Assembly (NCBI GenBank): GCA_965237675.1
Contig: OZ250150.1
Span: 4,160,001-4,224,000 of the forward strand
Direction: 5' to 3'
DNA from: Candidatus Latescibacterota bacterium
GTDB lineage: Bacteria > Latescibacterota > UBA2968 > GCA-2709665
Length of the DNA: 64,000 bases
The translations under genes were made by a program, and so were the position numbers. The notes below the pieces were generated by a model that worked only from the letters and a program-made list of their open reading frames with translations, was not told the DNA's origin and searched no databases. This document shows, piece after piece, positions 20,721 to 30,108 of the stretch. How positions within the stretch are numbered: position 1 is the stretch's first letter; each line of letters begins with the position of its first letter.

Positions 20721-23700
20721 TCAGGACGGCACCGCCGGCCGGCGGGGGATATTTAGCCGCCTTCGGCCGAGCGCCTCTTTCAGAAACCGGCCCGTATGGG
20801 ACGCATCGGACCGTACCGCTTCCTCCGGTGTGCCGGCGACAACCAGGAAACCCCCTTCTTCACCGCCTTCGGGACCCAGGTCGATAATCCAGTCCGTCGT
20901 CGCGATTACATCGAGGTTATGCTCAATTACAATGACCGTATTGCCGGCGTCCACGATTCTGTTGAGCACATCCAGAAGCTTGATTACATCGGCAATATGC
21001 AGCCCGGTGGTCGGCTCATCGAGCAGGTATAACGTGTTGCCGGTGTGAGGCCGGGCAAGTTCCCGGGCGAGTTTCACGCGTTGTGCCTCCCCGCCCGACA
21101 ACGTGGTGGACGCCTGCCCCATCTTGATATACCCCAGACCCACATCGGCCAGCGCCGTGAGTGTACGGGAGATTCCCGGCACGTTCTCAAAATGCCGAAG
21201 CGCCTCGTCGACCGTCATATCCAACACGTCGGAGACAGACCGATCCTTGTAGTGCACATTCACCACGTCCCTGTTGTACCGCTTCCCGCCACAGTCTTCG
21301 CAGGTCACCCAGACATCCGGAAGGAAATGCATCTCAATGCAGCGTGAACCAAGCCCCTTGCAGGCCTCGCAGCGGCCTTGCATGTGATTGAAGCTGAAGT
21401 GCCCGGGTGAGAACCCCCGCATCCGTGAATCCGGCAGCTGCGCGAAGAGCCTGCGCACCCTGTCGAACACTTTCACGTACGTTGCGGGGTTGCTGCGCGG
21501 TGAATACCCGATCGGCATCTGGTCGATATTGATCACCTTGTCGATGTCGTCTGTCCCCCGGATCTCGTCGTGATCGCCCGGAGTTGCTCCAACGCCGCTT
21601 ACTTTCACCGCCAGCGCCCTGTAAAGGACATCGTTCACAAGGGAGGACTTCCCCGATCCCGATACGCCCGTCACGCCGATCAGCATACCGAGCGGAAACT
21701 TCACGTTTAGATTCTTCAGATTATTATGCCGGGCACCCACCACCTCGATGTATCCTTTCACGGACACCCGCCTGGGCGACGATTCGATATCCAGCTTGCC
21801 CTTCAGATATAACGCGGTGAGGGACCCCTTACCCGCGACCAATCGCTTCGGCGGCCCCTCCGCAACCACGGTGCCGCCCAGCGAACCCGCGCCGGGGCCA
21901 AAATCCACAATATGGTCGGCCGATTCCAGTGTGTCCCGGTCGTGCTCGACGACGAGGAGCGTATTTCCCAGATCCCGAAGCTGACCCAGCGCGGCCAGCA
22001 TCCGTCGGTTGTCGCGTTGATGAAGCCCAATGGTAGGCTCATCGAGCACGTAAAGCACGCCCGTCAATCCTGATCCGATCTGGCTGGCCAGGCGGATACG
22101 CTGGGCCTCGCCGCCGGATAACGTGGGCGCCCTCCGGGACAGCGACAGGTACCCAAGCCCCACTTCGTGCAAGAATCGCAACCGGGCGCGAATTTCGTGA
22201 AGCACCTCCCCTACGGCCTGCAATTCCGCTTCCGTCAGCGGCAGTTCTTCAAACCAGCGGCGCGACATCGCAATGGGCAGATCGACCAGGTCGCATAGCG
22301 TCTCCCCGTGCAAACGGGCGGCTGCGCCTTCCGGCCTGAGTCGCGCGCCCTTACACGCAAGGCACGGCACGTCTTCGACCAGTTCGCCCATCTTCTCCCG
22401 GAACCTGGCTGAAAGCCGTACCAGTTCCTCGACCGTTTTGGACAATCCTTTGTACTGAAAACGAAGGCCGCCCAAGCCCTGTATCCACCGCTCTCCAGTG
22501 CCGTACAGCAACGTCTCCCGTGACTTCCGTCGCATTTCCGCGACCGGCGTTTCCAGGTCGAATTCGCCCAGGACGCCAACCGCACGAAACAACCCCGCGA
22601 GCGGGCCATCGACCAGTGGCCCGAGAGGCGGCACGGCCCCTTCGGACAGGGATTTCCTCGGATCGGGAATCAGCGCCCTCATCCCCATTCCCTTTTGCGT
22701 GCCCAAGCCCTCGCACGACGGACACCATCCCTCGTGGCTGTTGAACGAAAGGCGCTGGGGGGTCAATTCGTCGAAACTCCTCCCGCATCGCGGACAGGAC
22801 AGATACTGGCTGAATCTGGTCTCTTCATCATCATCCGGCGAAGCGACAATGGCGACGCCGCCGGACATCGCCAGCACCTTTTCCAATGAATCCGCAATGC
22901 GCGTCCGAACGTCGGGTTTTAGCGTGACGCGGTCCACCAGAATCTCCAGCCTGTGCGTCTGTCGGTAGTCGATCTCCTCCGGCTTGTTCAGGTCGAATAC
23001 CCGGCCGTCGAGGCGGCCGCGCAGATATCCCGCCCGCGCCGCTCTGGAAATCAACGTATTGTAGTCCTCCCCCCTGCCAGGCTGCCGGGGCGCCAGCAAG
23101 TATATCCGTCTTCCCATGCGCATCTTCAGGATTCGGCCGACGATTTCCTGTATGGCCAGGGCCCCGGCCCGCACCTGGCAGTCCGGACAATATACCTCGC
23201 CGGCCAGTGCAAACAGCGCCCTCAAATAATCGTATACTTCCGTCACCGTGCCCACGGTGGAACGCGGGTTCTTGCTGGCCGCCTTCTGCTCAATGGCAAT
23301 CGCGGGCGACAGCCCGATCACCCGGTCGACCTTTGGTTTGGGCACCTGCCCCAGAAACTGGCGTGCGTATGCCGAGAGCGATTCAACATATCGCCGCTGG
23401 CCTTCCGCAAAAACCGTATCCAGCGCCAGAGAGGACTTGCCCGATCCCGAGACACCTGAAATGACGGTCAGTTTTTCTCGAGGAATCGTCACGTTCACAT
23501 TCTGGAGATTGTGTTCCCGCGCGCCCGTAACCCGAATCTCGCGGATGAGACCCCGGCTCCCGCCGTTCCCGTCCTGTGTTCCGTCGTACGGGATGCTGGC
23601 GCCCCCCGCGTTCAATACCGAACGCAGGGCCTGTGCCGTAAACGAATGTCTGGACCTCGCCACGCTCTCGGGCCGTCCCTGGGCTACCACCCGCCCACCT

Positions 23701-26420
23701 GATTTCCCCCCGCCCGGCCCCAGGTCGATCACCCAGTCGGCCGTTTTGACGACATCCATATTGTGTTCGATCACCACCACCGTATTCCCCAGATCCACCA
23801 GCCGGTGCAGGACATTCAACAGATTCTGAATATCGGCGAAATGCAACCCCGTCGTAGGTTCATCCAGAATGTAAAGTGTACGCCCTGTCGCTCTGCGGCA
23901 CAACTCTTTAGCCAGCTTCACACGTTGGGATTCACCGCCCGACAGGGTTGGCGCCGGCTGCCCCAGTTTCACGTAGCCCATTCCCACCTCTACCAGCACC
24001 TTCAGAATCCGATGAATCTGGGGCACCGCGTCGAAAAGGGCGCACGCTTTCTCGACCTCCATGTCCAGTACGTCAGCGATGGATGCCCCCTTGAAGCAGA
24101 TATCCAGCGTCTCTCTATTGAACCGCCGGCCTTCGCAGACGACACAGGTGACCCACACGTCGGCCAGGAAATCCATCTCGACGACATTCGCGCCGTTTCC
24201 GTCGCAGGCCTCACAACGCCCACCCTTCACGTTGAAGCTGAACCGGCCCGGCTTATACCCCCTCATCCTGGACTCGGGCAGATCCGCATACAACGTCCGG
24301 ATCGGACCAAACACCCCCGTATAGGTGGCAGGATTGCTGCGTGGCGTGCGTCCGATCGGTTGCTGGTCGATCTCGATCACCTTATCCAGCGCATCCATCC
24401 CTTCAATGCTGTCGAATTCGCCCGGTTCGGATTCCGCTCGATTCAGTTCGCGCGCCAGCGTTCGGTAGACTATATCGTTGATCAAAGAACTTTTCCCCGA
24501 ACCGGATACTCCGGTCACACAAACGAACACGCCCAGGGGCAGTTCAACGTCGATTTCCTTGAGGTTGTTCTGGCGCGCGCCGCGGACGGTGAGCCGCTTA
24601 TCCTCAAGGACTCTGCGGTCCGGCACGGCAATCGATCGCTTCCCCGACAGAAAAGCTCCCGTGATGGAGTTGGCGGACAGCGCGATCTTCCGCCACGACC
24701 CGCAGGCCACCACCTCCCCTCCGAGGTGCCCGGGCCCCGGTCCGAAATCCACGAGCCAGTCGGCCCGCCGCATCGTCTCCTCGTCGTGCTCCACCACAAT
24801 GACCGTATTTCCCGCCTCCCGCAGGCTGCAGAGCGCGTCCAGAAGACGCCGGTTGTCCCGCTGGTGGAGCCCGATGGATGGCTCGTCCAGCACGTACGTG
24901 ACTCCGACCAGACCGCTGCCGATCTGCCCCGCCAGCCGGATGCGTTGCGCCTCACCGCCGGAAAGCGTGGGCGCCGTGCGATCCAGGGTCAGGTAATCCA
25001 GTCCCACATCGAGCAGGAAACGGAGCCTCCCGACGATTTCCTTAAGCGCATCCTCAGCGATCAGCCGCTGTGGCGCGGGCAAATGCAAACTCTCAAAAAA
25101 GGCAAAGGCCTCGGCAACCGACATTGCCGTGGCCGCCGGAAGCGACTTTCCTCCGATGCTGACCGCCAGGGCTTCGGCACGCAAACGGGCGCCCCGGCAA
25201 TCGGGACACCTCCCCGTCCGCATGTAAGGTCCCACCCTCCGTTTCCAGGCCGGCGACCGCGCCTCCGCGTATCTGCGCTCCAAAGGCGGAAAAATCCCTT
25301 CGAACGTATCCTGATGCAAATAGCCGCTTCCGTCGCGCCTTACCCATTCCAGCGATATGCGCGTCGACACGCCATAGAGCAGTTCCTCCCGTGCCACCGG
25401 AGAGATATCCCGCCAGCGTGTAAACACGTCGGCACCATGCCTCTTCAGCACACCGTTGTAATAGTGGATCTTCCACCTGTTCCTGGGTTCGCCCAGTGGT
25501 GCAACCGCACCTTCCATGACCGAAAGGGAATCGTCCGGAACCGACTTTTCCGGATCCAACGCGATCTGAGTACCCAAACCCTTACAGGTCGGGCACATCC
25601 CTTGGGGACTGTTGAACGAAAACAGCTGCGGTGTGGGCTCCGTTGCGCTCACTCCGCACCCGGTACAGGAAAAGTTGGAACTCAGTAACAGATCCTCACC
25701 GTCCTCAAATCCGACGATAAGCGCGCCCTGACCAAGCCTCAGACCCGCGTCTACGGCTTCCCCAATTCGGCCACGTCCGTCTGCCGGCACGACAAGCCGA
25801 TCCACGACGAGGTCGATATCGTGCCGGATATGCCGTTCAAGGCGCGGCGATTCGGTCAGCCGCACCATCCTGCCGTCGACGCGTGCCCGGAGGTAACCAT
25901 CCCGCCGGAGGTCCTCAAACAGGTCCAGGTACTCCCCTTTTCTCCCGCGTACAAGCGGCGCCATCATAAAGATCCGCCGGCCGACTCCCAGCGCCATGAT
26001 CCGGTCTACAATGCCGTCACGAGTCTGGGCGCCGACCGGCGTATCACACGATACGCAATGGGGCGTGCCGACCCTCGCGAACAGCACGCGAAGATAGTCG
26101 TAGATCTCGGTCATTGTGCCTACCGTGGACCTCGGATTCCGGACGGCCGCCTTCTGCTCGATTGAAACGGTTGGCGAAAGGCCCGTAATCTGGTCGACGT
26201 CGGGCTTTCTTATCTGTCCCAGGAATTGCCGCGCATAGGCCGAAAGAGACTCGATGTAGCGACGCTGACCCTCCGCATAAATCGTATCGAAGGCCAGCGA
26301 GGACTTTCCGGAGCCGGATACGCCGGTGAAACAGATCAGTTTATTGCGAGGCAACGCCAGGTTCACTTCCTTCAAATTGTGAACCCGAGCCCGCTTGATT
26401 AGAATATCACGTGTCTCCAT
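20721..26420 (-). CDS. uvrA: Double-length (tandem-fused) excinuclease ABC subunit A
   Basis: About 1900 aa. Four GVSGSGKSS Walker A motifs, four LSGGE(A/S)QR signatures and four LDEP motifs. ARxHNL ... AEGQRRYxESLSAYARQFLG occurs twice. Confidence 0.95.
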   Translation of the reverse strand: METRDILIKRARVHNLKEVNLALPRNKLICFTGVSGSGKSSLAFDTIYAEGQRRYIESLSAYARQFLGQIRKPDVDQITGLSPTVSIEQKAAVRNPRSTVGTMTEIYDYLRVLFARVGTPHCVSCDTPVGAQTRDGIVDRIMALGVGRRIFMMAPLVRGRKGEYLDLFEDLRRDGYLRARVDGRMVRLTESPRLERHIRHDIDLVVDRLVVPADGRGRIGEAVDAGLRLGQGALIVGFEDGEDLLLSSNFSCTGCGVSATEPTPQLFSFNSPQGMCPTCKGLGTQIALDPEKSVPDDSLSVMEGAVAPLGEPRNRWKIHYYNGVLKRHGADVFTRWRDISPVAREELLYGVSTRISLEWVRRDGSGYLHQDTFEGIFPPLERRYAEARSPAWKRRVGPYMRTGRCPDCRGARLRAEALAVSIGGKSLPAATAMSVAEAFAFFESLHLPAPQRLIAEDALKEIVGRLRFLLDVGLDYLTLDRTAPTLSGGEAQRIRLAGQIGSGLVGVTYVLDEPSIGLHQRDNRRLLDALCSLREAGNTVIVVEHDEETMRRADWLVDFGPGPGHLGGEVVACGSWRKIALSANSITGAFLSGKRSIAVPDRRVLEDKRLTVRGARQNNLKEIDVELPLGVFVCVTGVSGSGKSSLINDIVYRTLARELNRAESEPGEFDSIEGMDALDKVIEIDQQPIGRTPRSNPATYTGVFGPIRTLYADLPESRMRGYKPGRFSFNVKGGRCEACDGNGANVVEMDFLADVWVTCVVCEGRRFNRETLDICFKGASIADVLDMEVEKACALFDAVPQIHRILKVLVEVGMGYVKLGQPAPTLSGGESQRVKLAKELCRRATGRTLYILDEPTTGLHFADIQNLLNVLHRLVDLGNTVVVIEHNMDVVKTADWVIDLGPGGGKSGGRVVAQGRPESVARSRHSFTAQALRSVLNAGGASIPYDGTQDGNGGSRGLIREIRVTGAREHNLQNVNVTIPREKLTVISGVSGSGKSSLALDTVFAEGQRRYVESLSAYARQFLGQVPKPKVDRVIGLSPAIAIEQKAASKNPRSTVGTVTEVYDYLRALFALAGEVYCPDCQVRAGALAIQEIVGRILKMRMGRRIYLLAPRQPGRGEDYNTLISRAARAGYLRGRLDGRVFDLNKPEEIDYRQTHRLEILVDRVTLKPDVRTRIADSLEKVLAMSGGVAIVASPDDDEETRFSQYLSCPRCGRSFDELTPQRLSFNSHEGWCPSCEGLGTQKGMGMRALIPDPRKSLSEGAVPPLGPLVDGPLAGLFRAVGVLGEFDLETPVAEMRRKSRETLLYGTGERWIQGLGGLRFQYKGLSKTVEELVRLSARFREKMGELVEDVPCLACKGARLRPEGAAARLHGETLCDLVDLPIAMSRRWFEELPLTEAELQAVGEVLHEIRARLRFLHEVGLGYLSLSRRAPTLSGGEAQRIRLASQIGSGLTGVLYVLDEPTIGLHQRDNRRMLAALGQLRDLGNTLLVVEHDRDTLESADHIVDFGPGAGSLGGTVVAEGPPKRLVAGKGSLTALYLKGKLDIESSPRRVSVKGYIEVVGARHNNLKNLNVKFPLGMLIGVTGVSGSGKSSLVNDVLYRALAVKVSGVGATPGDHDEIRGTDDIDKVINIDQMPIGYSPRSNPATYVKVFDRVRRLFAQLPDSRMRGFSPGHFSFNHMQGRCEACKGLGSRCIEMHFLPDVWVTCEDCGGKRYNRDVVNVHYKDRSVSDVLDMTVDEALRHFENVPGISRTLTALADVGLGYIKMGQASTTLSGGEAQRVKLARELARPHTGNTLYLLDEPTTGLHIADVIKLLDVLNRIVDAGNTVIVIEHNLDVIATTDWIIDLGPEGGEEGGFLVVAGTPEEAVRSDASHTGRFLKEALGRRRLNIPRRPAVPS

Positions 26421-26637
26421 GAATCCATTGCTCTCCGGGGAAGATCCGTAGGTTTGGTCCTGCGGTTTCAACCTGGCAGCCTCACGGATCGAATCCACGC
26501 CAGCGACGAACCCGTTCCACCCTGAACCCGCCCCGTGAGGTTATCTCGAAGTTCGCTAAGATTCCCGATCCAGGCCTCGAATTGAATGGAGCAGGATGAC
26601 ACCGCGAAATGGCGCCTTCGCCCGTTGCCGACACACC

Positions 26638-26666
26638 AATATACTATTCAAATGTTCAGGTATCAA
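26638..26666 (-). promoter_or_regulatory. Putative sigma70 promoter for uvrA
   Basis: Minus strand TTGATA-N17-TATATT. Confidence 0.55.
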
Positions 26667-26780
26667 GAAAAAACGGCCGTGTACGTCCCGGACGCTAACG
26701 ACGGATACGATGATGTTTTCCGGTGGCCGGCGCCCACACGTATCCTGCCGAAGCATATCGTCAAATCCGTCCAGACGATC

Positions 26781-26816
26781 AAAAGCGCCCTTATCCCGTT
26801 CGGATAAAGACGCTTT
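26781..26816 (-). terminator. Intrinsic terminator after the STAS gene
   Basis: Minus strand AAAGCGTCTTTATCC-GAACG-GGATAAGGGCGCTTTT; long stem with G-U pairs, ending in Us. Confidence 0.6.
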
Positions 26817-26843
26817 GGTACTCCTTTGCGATTCTGAACGTGC

Positions 26844-27197
26844 CTATTCGGGAGGCTGGGTCTTGAAGCTGGCCACCGCACGGTCCACCGTATCGAGCGT
26901 CCGGAAAATGCCCGCGAGTTGCGTAACCATAAGGATGCTCTCGATCTTTCTCGTAATGCCCGTCAGGCGCATATCTCCGCCCGAATGCCGAACCGTGGTC
27001 AGACTGGCGGTCATGACCCCCAGCATGGAACTGCCAAACCACTTCACCTTCGAAAAATCAACCACCACCCGGCTAATGCCGTCTTTGACCAGCCGTTTAA
27101 TGTGGTCGTGAAACTCAGCCACTTCGGGACCGGACATCAAGGCGCCGGTAACCGTCAGCACCGCAACATCCTCCCGGATCTCCTCGCTAATCTTCAT
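26844..27197 (-). CDS. STAS-domain anti-sigma factor antagonist
   Basis: VVVDFSKVKWFGSSMLG, GGDMRL; 117 aa. Confidence 0.88.
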   Translation of the reverse strand: MKISEEIREDVAVLTVTGALMSGPEVAEFHDHIKRLVKDGISRVVVDFSKVKWFGSSMLGVMTASLTTVRHSGGDMRLTGITRKIESILMVTQLAGIFRTLDTVDRAVASFKTQPPE

Positions 27198-27354
27198 GGT
27201 TCATCCCCCTGGAAAGTTTCGGGTTGCCTCAGATTGCCGTGCCATTCGAATAAATGCTTAACCAGAAAAGTCGCTGCCAACCCAATATAATCTCAATTGT
27301 GCTCAGGATCAAGTCAGGAATTCACGACCGGCTGCGGCGACGGCAGTTTTCGGC

Positions 27355-27384
27355 TTGACAAGGCCGGGTTCGACCGGTTATATA
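27355..27384 (+). promoter_or_regulatory. Putative sigma70 promoter for the sugar isomerase operon
   Basis: TTGACA-N18-TATATA. Confidence 0.45.
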
Positions 27385-27439
27385 TTTGCCGCCAATCCAC
27401 CGACAAAAATACAGCACCCAGAAAGATAAGGCAAATCCT

Positions 27440-28234
27440 ATGGAACTCGGATGCAGCACCATCCTCTACGGCGGTCACGATCTTGGCGTCGCTATGGAAA
27501 GGATCCGCGCGGCAGGTTACCGGGCTATCGAACTCTGTTGTATACCGGGGATGGCGCCCCATCTGGCCATTGGCGAGAGCGCCGGATATTATCAGAATAT
27601 CAGAGCCCGCGCCGCAGATCACCATCTCGAAATCGAATCTCTCGGGGCAAGCGGCAATTTGGGCGACGACGACAGGTTTCTAGAGATACTGGACGCCGCG
27701 GCTGCCGTGGGGGCGCCCCTGGTCACAACCGGCCCGGGGGGAGAACCTGACGACGAAAATGCTTTCAAGACCACCGTCGAAAAAATCAACGCGCTGGCGG
27801 TTAAAGCCGCCGGCCGGGGTGTGAAGCTCAGCATCAAGCCTCACGTCGGCAACGCCGTCTACAACACCGGCACGGCGTTTCGTTTGATGCAGGAGGTCGA
27901 TCGACGCTGGGTCGGGATCAATTACGACGCCACCCATATCTGGCGAAGCCCTCAGCGGGAGGTGCCCGAAGAAACCATAGGCGACATCACCGACTATATC
28001 ATTTCACTCAGAATCCGCGACGTCAAAGGCCGGCAGACCGCGATAGGACCGGTTGAAAACCAGGTGGCAGGCAACGGTGATATGGATCTTCACGCACAGG
28101 TGAGCGCCTTCAAGAAGATCCGGGAACTCGAATATGCCGTTCTGGAAATCGTCGGAACGAAGGACATGGGAGTGGAGGAGATCGACGGCGTCCTGCGTCG
28201 GTCCTATAGCTACTTCAAGCCGCTTTTCTCATGA
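27440..28234 (+). CDS. Sugar phosphate isomerase/epimerase (xylose isomerase-like TIM barrel)
   Basis: AGYRAIEL, SIKPH, NYDATH, IRD, GNGDMD, VLE; some usual metal ligands appear substituted. Confidence 0.8.
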   Translation: MELGCSTILYGGHDLGVAMERIRAAGYRAIELCCIPGMAPHLAIGESAGYYQNIRARAADHHLEIESLGASGNLGDDDRFLEILDAAAAVGAPLVTTGPGGEPDDENAFKTTVEKINALAVKAAGRGVKLSIKPHVGNAVYNTGTAFRLMQEVDRRWVGINYDATHIWRSPQREVPEETIGDITDYIISLRIRDVKGRQTAIGPVENQVAGNGDMDLHAQVSAFKKIRELEYAVLEIVGTKDMGVEEIDGVLRRSYSYFKPLFS

Positions 28235-28322
28235 GTGGAAGCGGTCAACGGGGATGGTGGGGTCTCTTTGATCCCGACTGTTAGCGGGGCGTGTACCTTT
28301 CATTTATGTAAGGAGAATCGAT

Positions 28323-29345
28323 ATGATCCGTGTCGGTGTCATCGGCATGCATGGCATCGGCGGCAAACATGCCGAGGCATACGTGAACAACAGCAGATCG
28401 GAACTTGTGGCCGTCTGCGACCTGGTCAAAGAGCGGGCGAACAGCTCGGCACACCGTTTCGGGGCCAAACCCTTTTACAGCGTCCGGGAGATGATCGATC
28501 GTGAAGAACTGGATGCCGTAAGCGTGGCCACCGGCGGCTTTGAAAATGGCAGTGACCATTACGAGCCCGCCATACAGTGCATGGAAGCCGGCCTCGACGT
28601 CCTGTGTGAAAAACCCATCAGCAACAACATTAATCATGCCCGGCAGATGGTCGCAAAGGCGACGGAGCGCGGCGTACGGTTCGGGATAAACCTCAACCAT
28701 CGCTTTGTCCCCCCGGCAGCGAAAGCCAGGGGCTGGATCGAAGAAGGCCGCCTTGGCCACCTGTTACTCATCAACATGACCATGTGGATCGGCAACCCGA
28801 ACGAGACGTCCCCGTGGTTTCACCTTCGGGCCCTGCACCCCCACTCCATCGACATCATGCAATATTTCTGCGGCAACGTGGCACGCGTACAGGCATTCCT
28901 GAACAGAGCGCCCGGACGCAGCGGAGATAATGCCACGGTGTGCTGGTCCAACGCCCAGATCAACATGCACTTCGAAAACGACGTTGTGGGTCACCTTACC
29001 GGCAGTTACGATACCAATCCGGCGCACAACCTGGAACGTTGCGAGGTGTTGGGTAGTGAAGGTCGTTTCGTCCTTGACAATTGCTTCGAGGACCTGACCC
29101 TCTATCCCCGCCGATCCGAGGAACTCACCGTCGTGCGCAACTCCATCATGGGCGGTTTGGTCTTCGACGACACGTTTCCACGACGCATCAACCGCTGGAT
29201 CGAACAAGTGGACACAGGCGCGCCCCAATCGGAAATTGAAGGATCCGGAGAAGAAGGACTCGCTGTACAGGAAGTCATCGAAGCGGCTATCCGCTCGTGG
29301 AAGGAGCGGACGATCGCAGACGTACCAAAGGTGCCGGGAGCGTAG
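28323..29345 (+). CDS. Gfo/Idh/MocA family oxidoreductase
   Basis: RVGVIGMHGIG, VLCEKP, HSID; RBS AAGGAG. Confidence 0.9.
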   Translation: MIRVGVIGMHGIGGKHAEAYVNNSRSELVAVCDLVKERANSSAHRFGAKPFYSVREMIDREELDAVSVATGGFENGSDHYEPAIQCMEAGLDVLCEKPISNNINHARQMVAKATERGVRFGINLNHRFVPPAAKARGWIEEGRLGHLLLINMTMWIGNPNETSPWFHLRALHPHSIDIMQYFCGNVARVQAFLNRAPGRSGDNATVCWSNAQINMHFENDVVGHLTGSYDTNPAHNLERCEVLGSEGRFVLDNCFEDLTLYPRRSEELTVVRNSIMGGLVFDDTFPRRINRWIEQVDTGAPQSEIEGSGEEGLAVQEVIEAAIRSWKERTIADVPKVPGA

Positions 29346-29456
29346 CGCTGCCGCCGACCACGTATCTCCTGCGGACAACCGCTTTCGGAGGACGAATGCG
29401 GCGGCAGGGTTCGGTCTTCATGGACCGTTGCTTGAAGAGAAAGATGGTCACGACCC

Positions 29457-29848
29457 ATGGATCGTATCGGAATCGGGGTCATCAGCCTGGCTCACGGTCA
29501 CGTCGGCACCTACTGCGAGGCTATGAAAGGGTTTGAAGACGTCGACCTGGTTGCCGTGTGGGACGACAATGAATCCCGGGGCAGGCAGGCGCCGCACCAC
29601 GACACGAAAATGCCGTTCCGCTGCGCCTGATCCGCAGAGGCGACACCGAATGGACCTCGTTTCACATGCCCATCCCATCGGGTCAAGGTGAACGCATCGC
29701 CGCCGTCCCCCGTCCTTTTGTAAACTATGTCCGCGGCCTCACCGACGAAGCCATTTCAGCCGAAGAGGGCAGGGTTTCCGTCGAAATGGTGCTGGGCGCA
29801 TATCAATCCAGCATCGAAGGCCGCCGGATCGTTTTTCCAGTTATATAG
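29457..29848 (+). pseudogene. Internally deleted Gfo/Idh/MocA oxidoreductase
   Basis: Rossmann start MDRIGIGVISLAHGHVGTYCEAMKGFEDVDLVAVWDDNESRG is joined out of frame near 29590 to a family-type C-terminus ...ISAEEGRVSVEMVLGAYQSSIEGRRIVFPVI*. Confidence 0.75.
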
Positions 29849-30019
29849 ATGACGACGAATCTACTCTTTGTCACCACCGGCCGGCAACGCCGGGACAGCC
29901 TCCCATGCTACGGCCTCGACTTCATGCGGACGCCCGCGCTGGACCGCCTGGCAGCCGAAGAGCTCGTCGTCGACCGCTGCATCGTCCCGTCGCCGGTCTG
30001 CGTCCCGTGTCGCGCTTGA
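29849..30019 (+). pseudogene. Truncated sulfatase (N-terminal 56 aa only)
   Basis: MTTNLLFVTTGRQRRDSLPCYGLDFMRTPALDRLAAEELVVDRCIVPSPVCVPCRA*: TPxLDRLA and CxPxR motifs, then an immediate stop. Confidence 0.8.
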
Positions 30020-30108
30020 AGAGGAATACGGAAACAAGACGGAGCACCGGGGTTGAATCCGCGTTTATCGGTGCAGCCGACGGCGTCACCATTTCTTGCC
30101 CGAGCAGG

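Noticed and set aside
23763-25688. 641-aa plus-strand ORF and similar long ORFs opposite known genes
   Set aside because: Antisense shadows of uvrA and other GC-rich genes, with no motifs of their own.
26500-26670. LexA box upstream of uvrA
   Set aside because: GAAC/GTTC-like words are present, but their spacing matches no LexA consensus I know.
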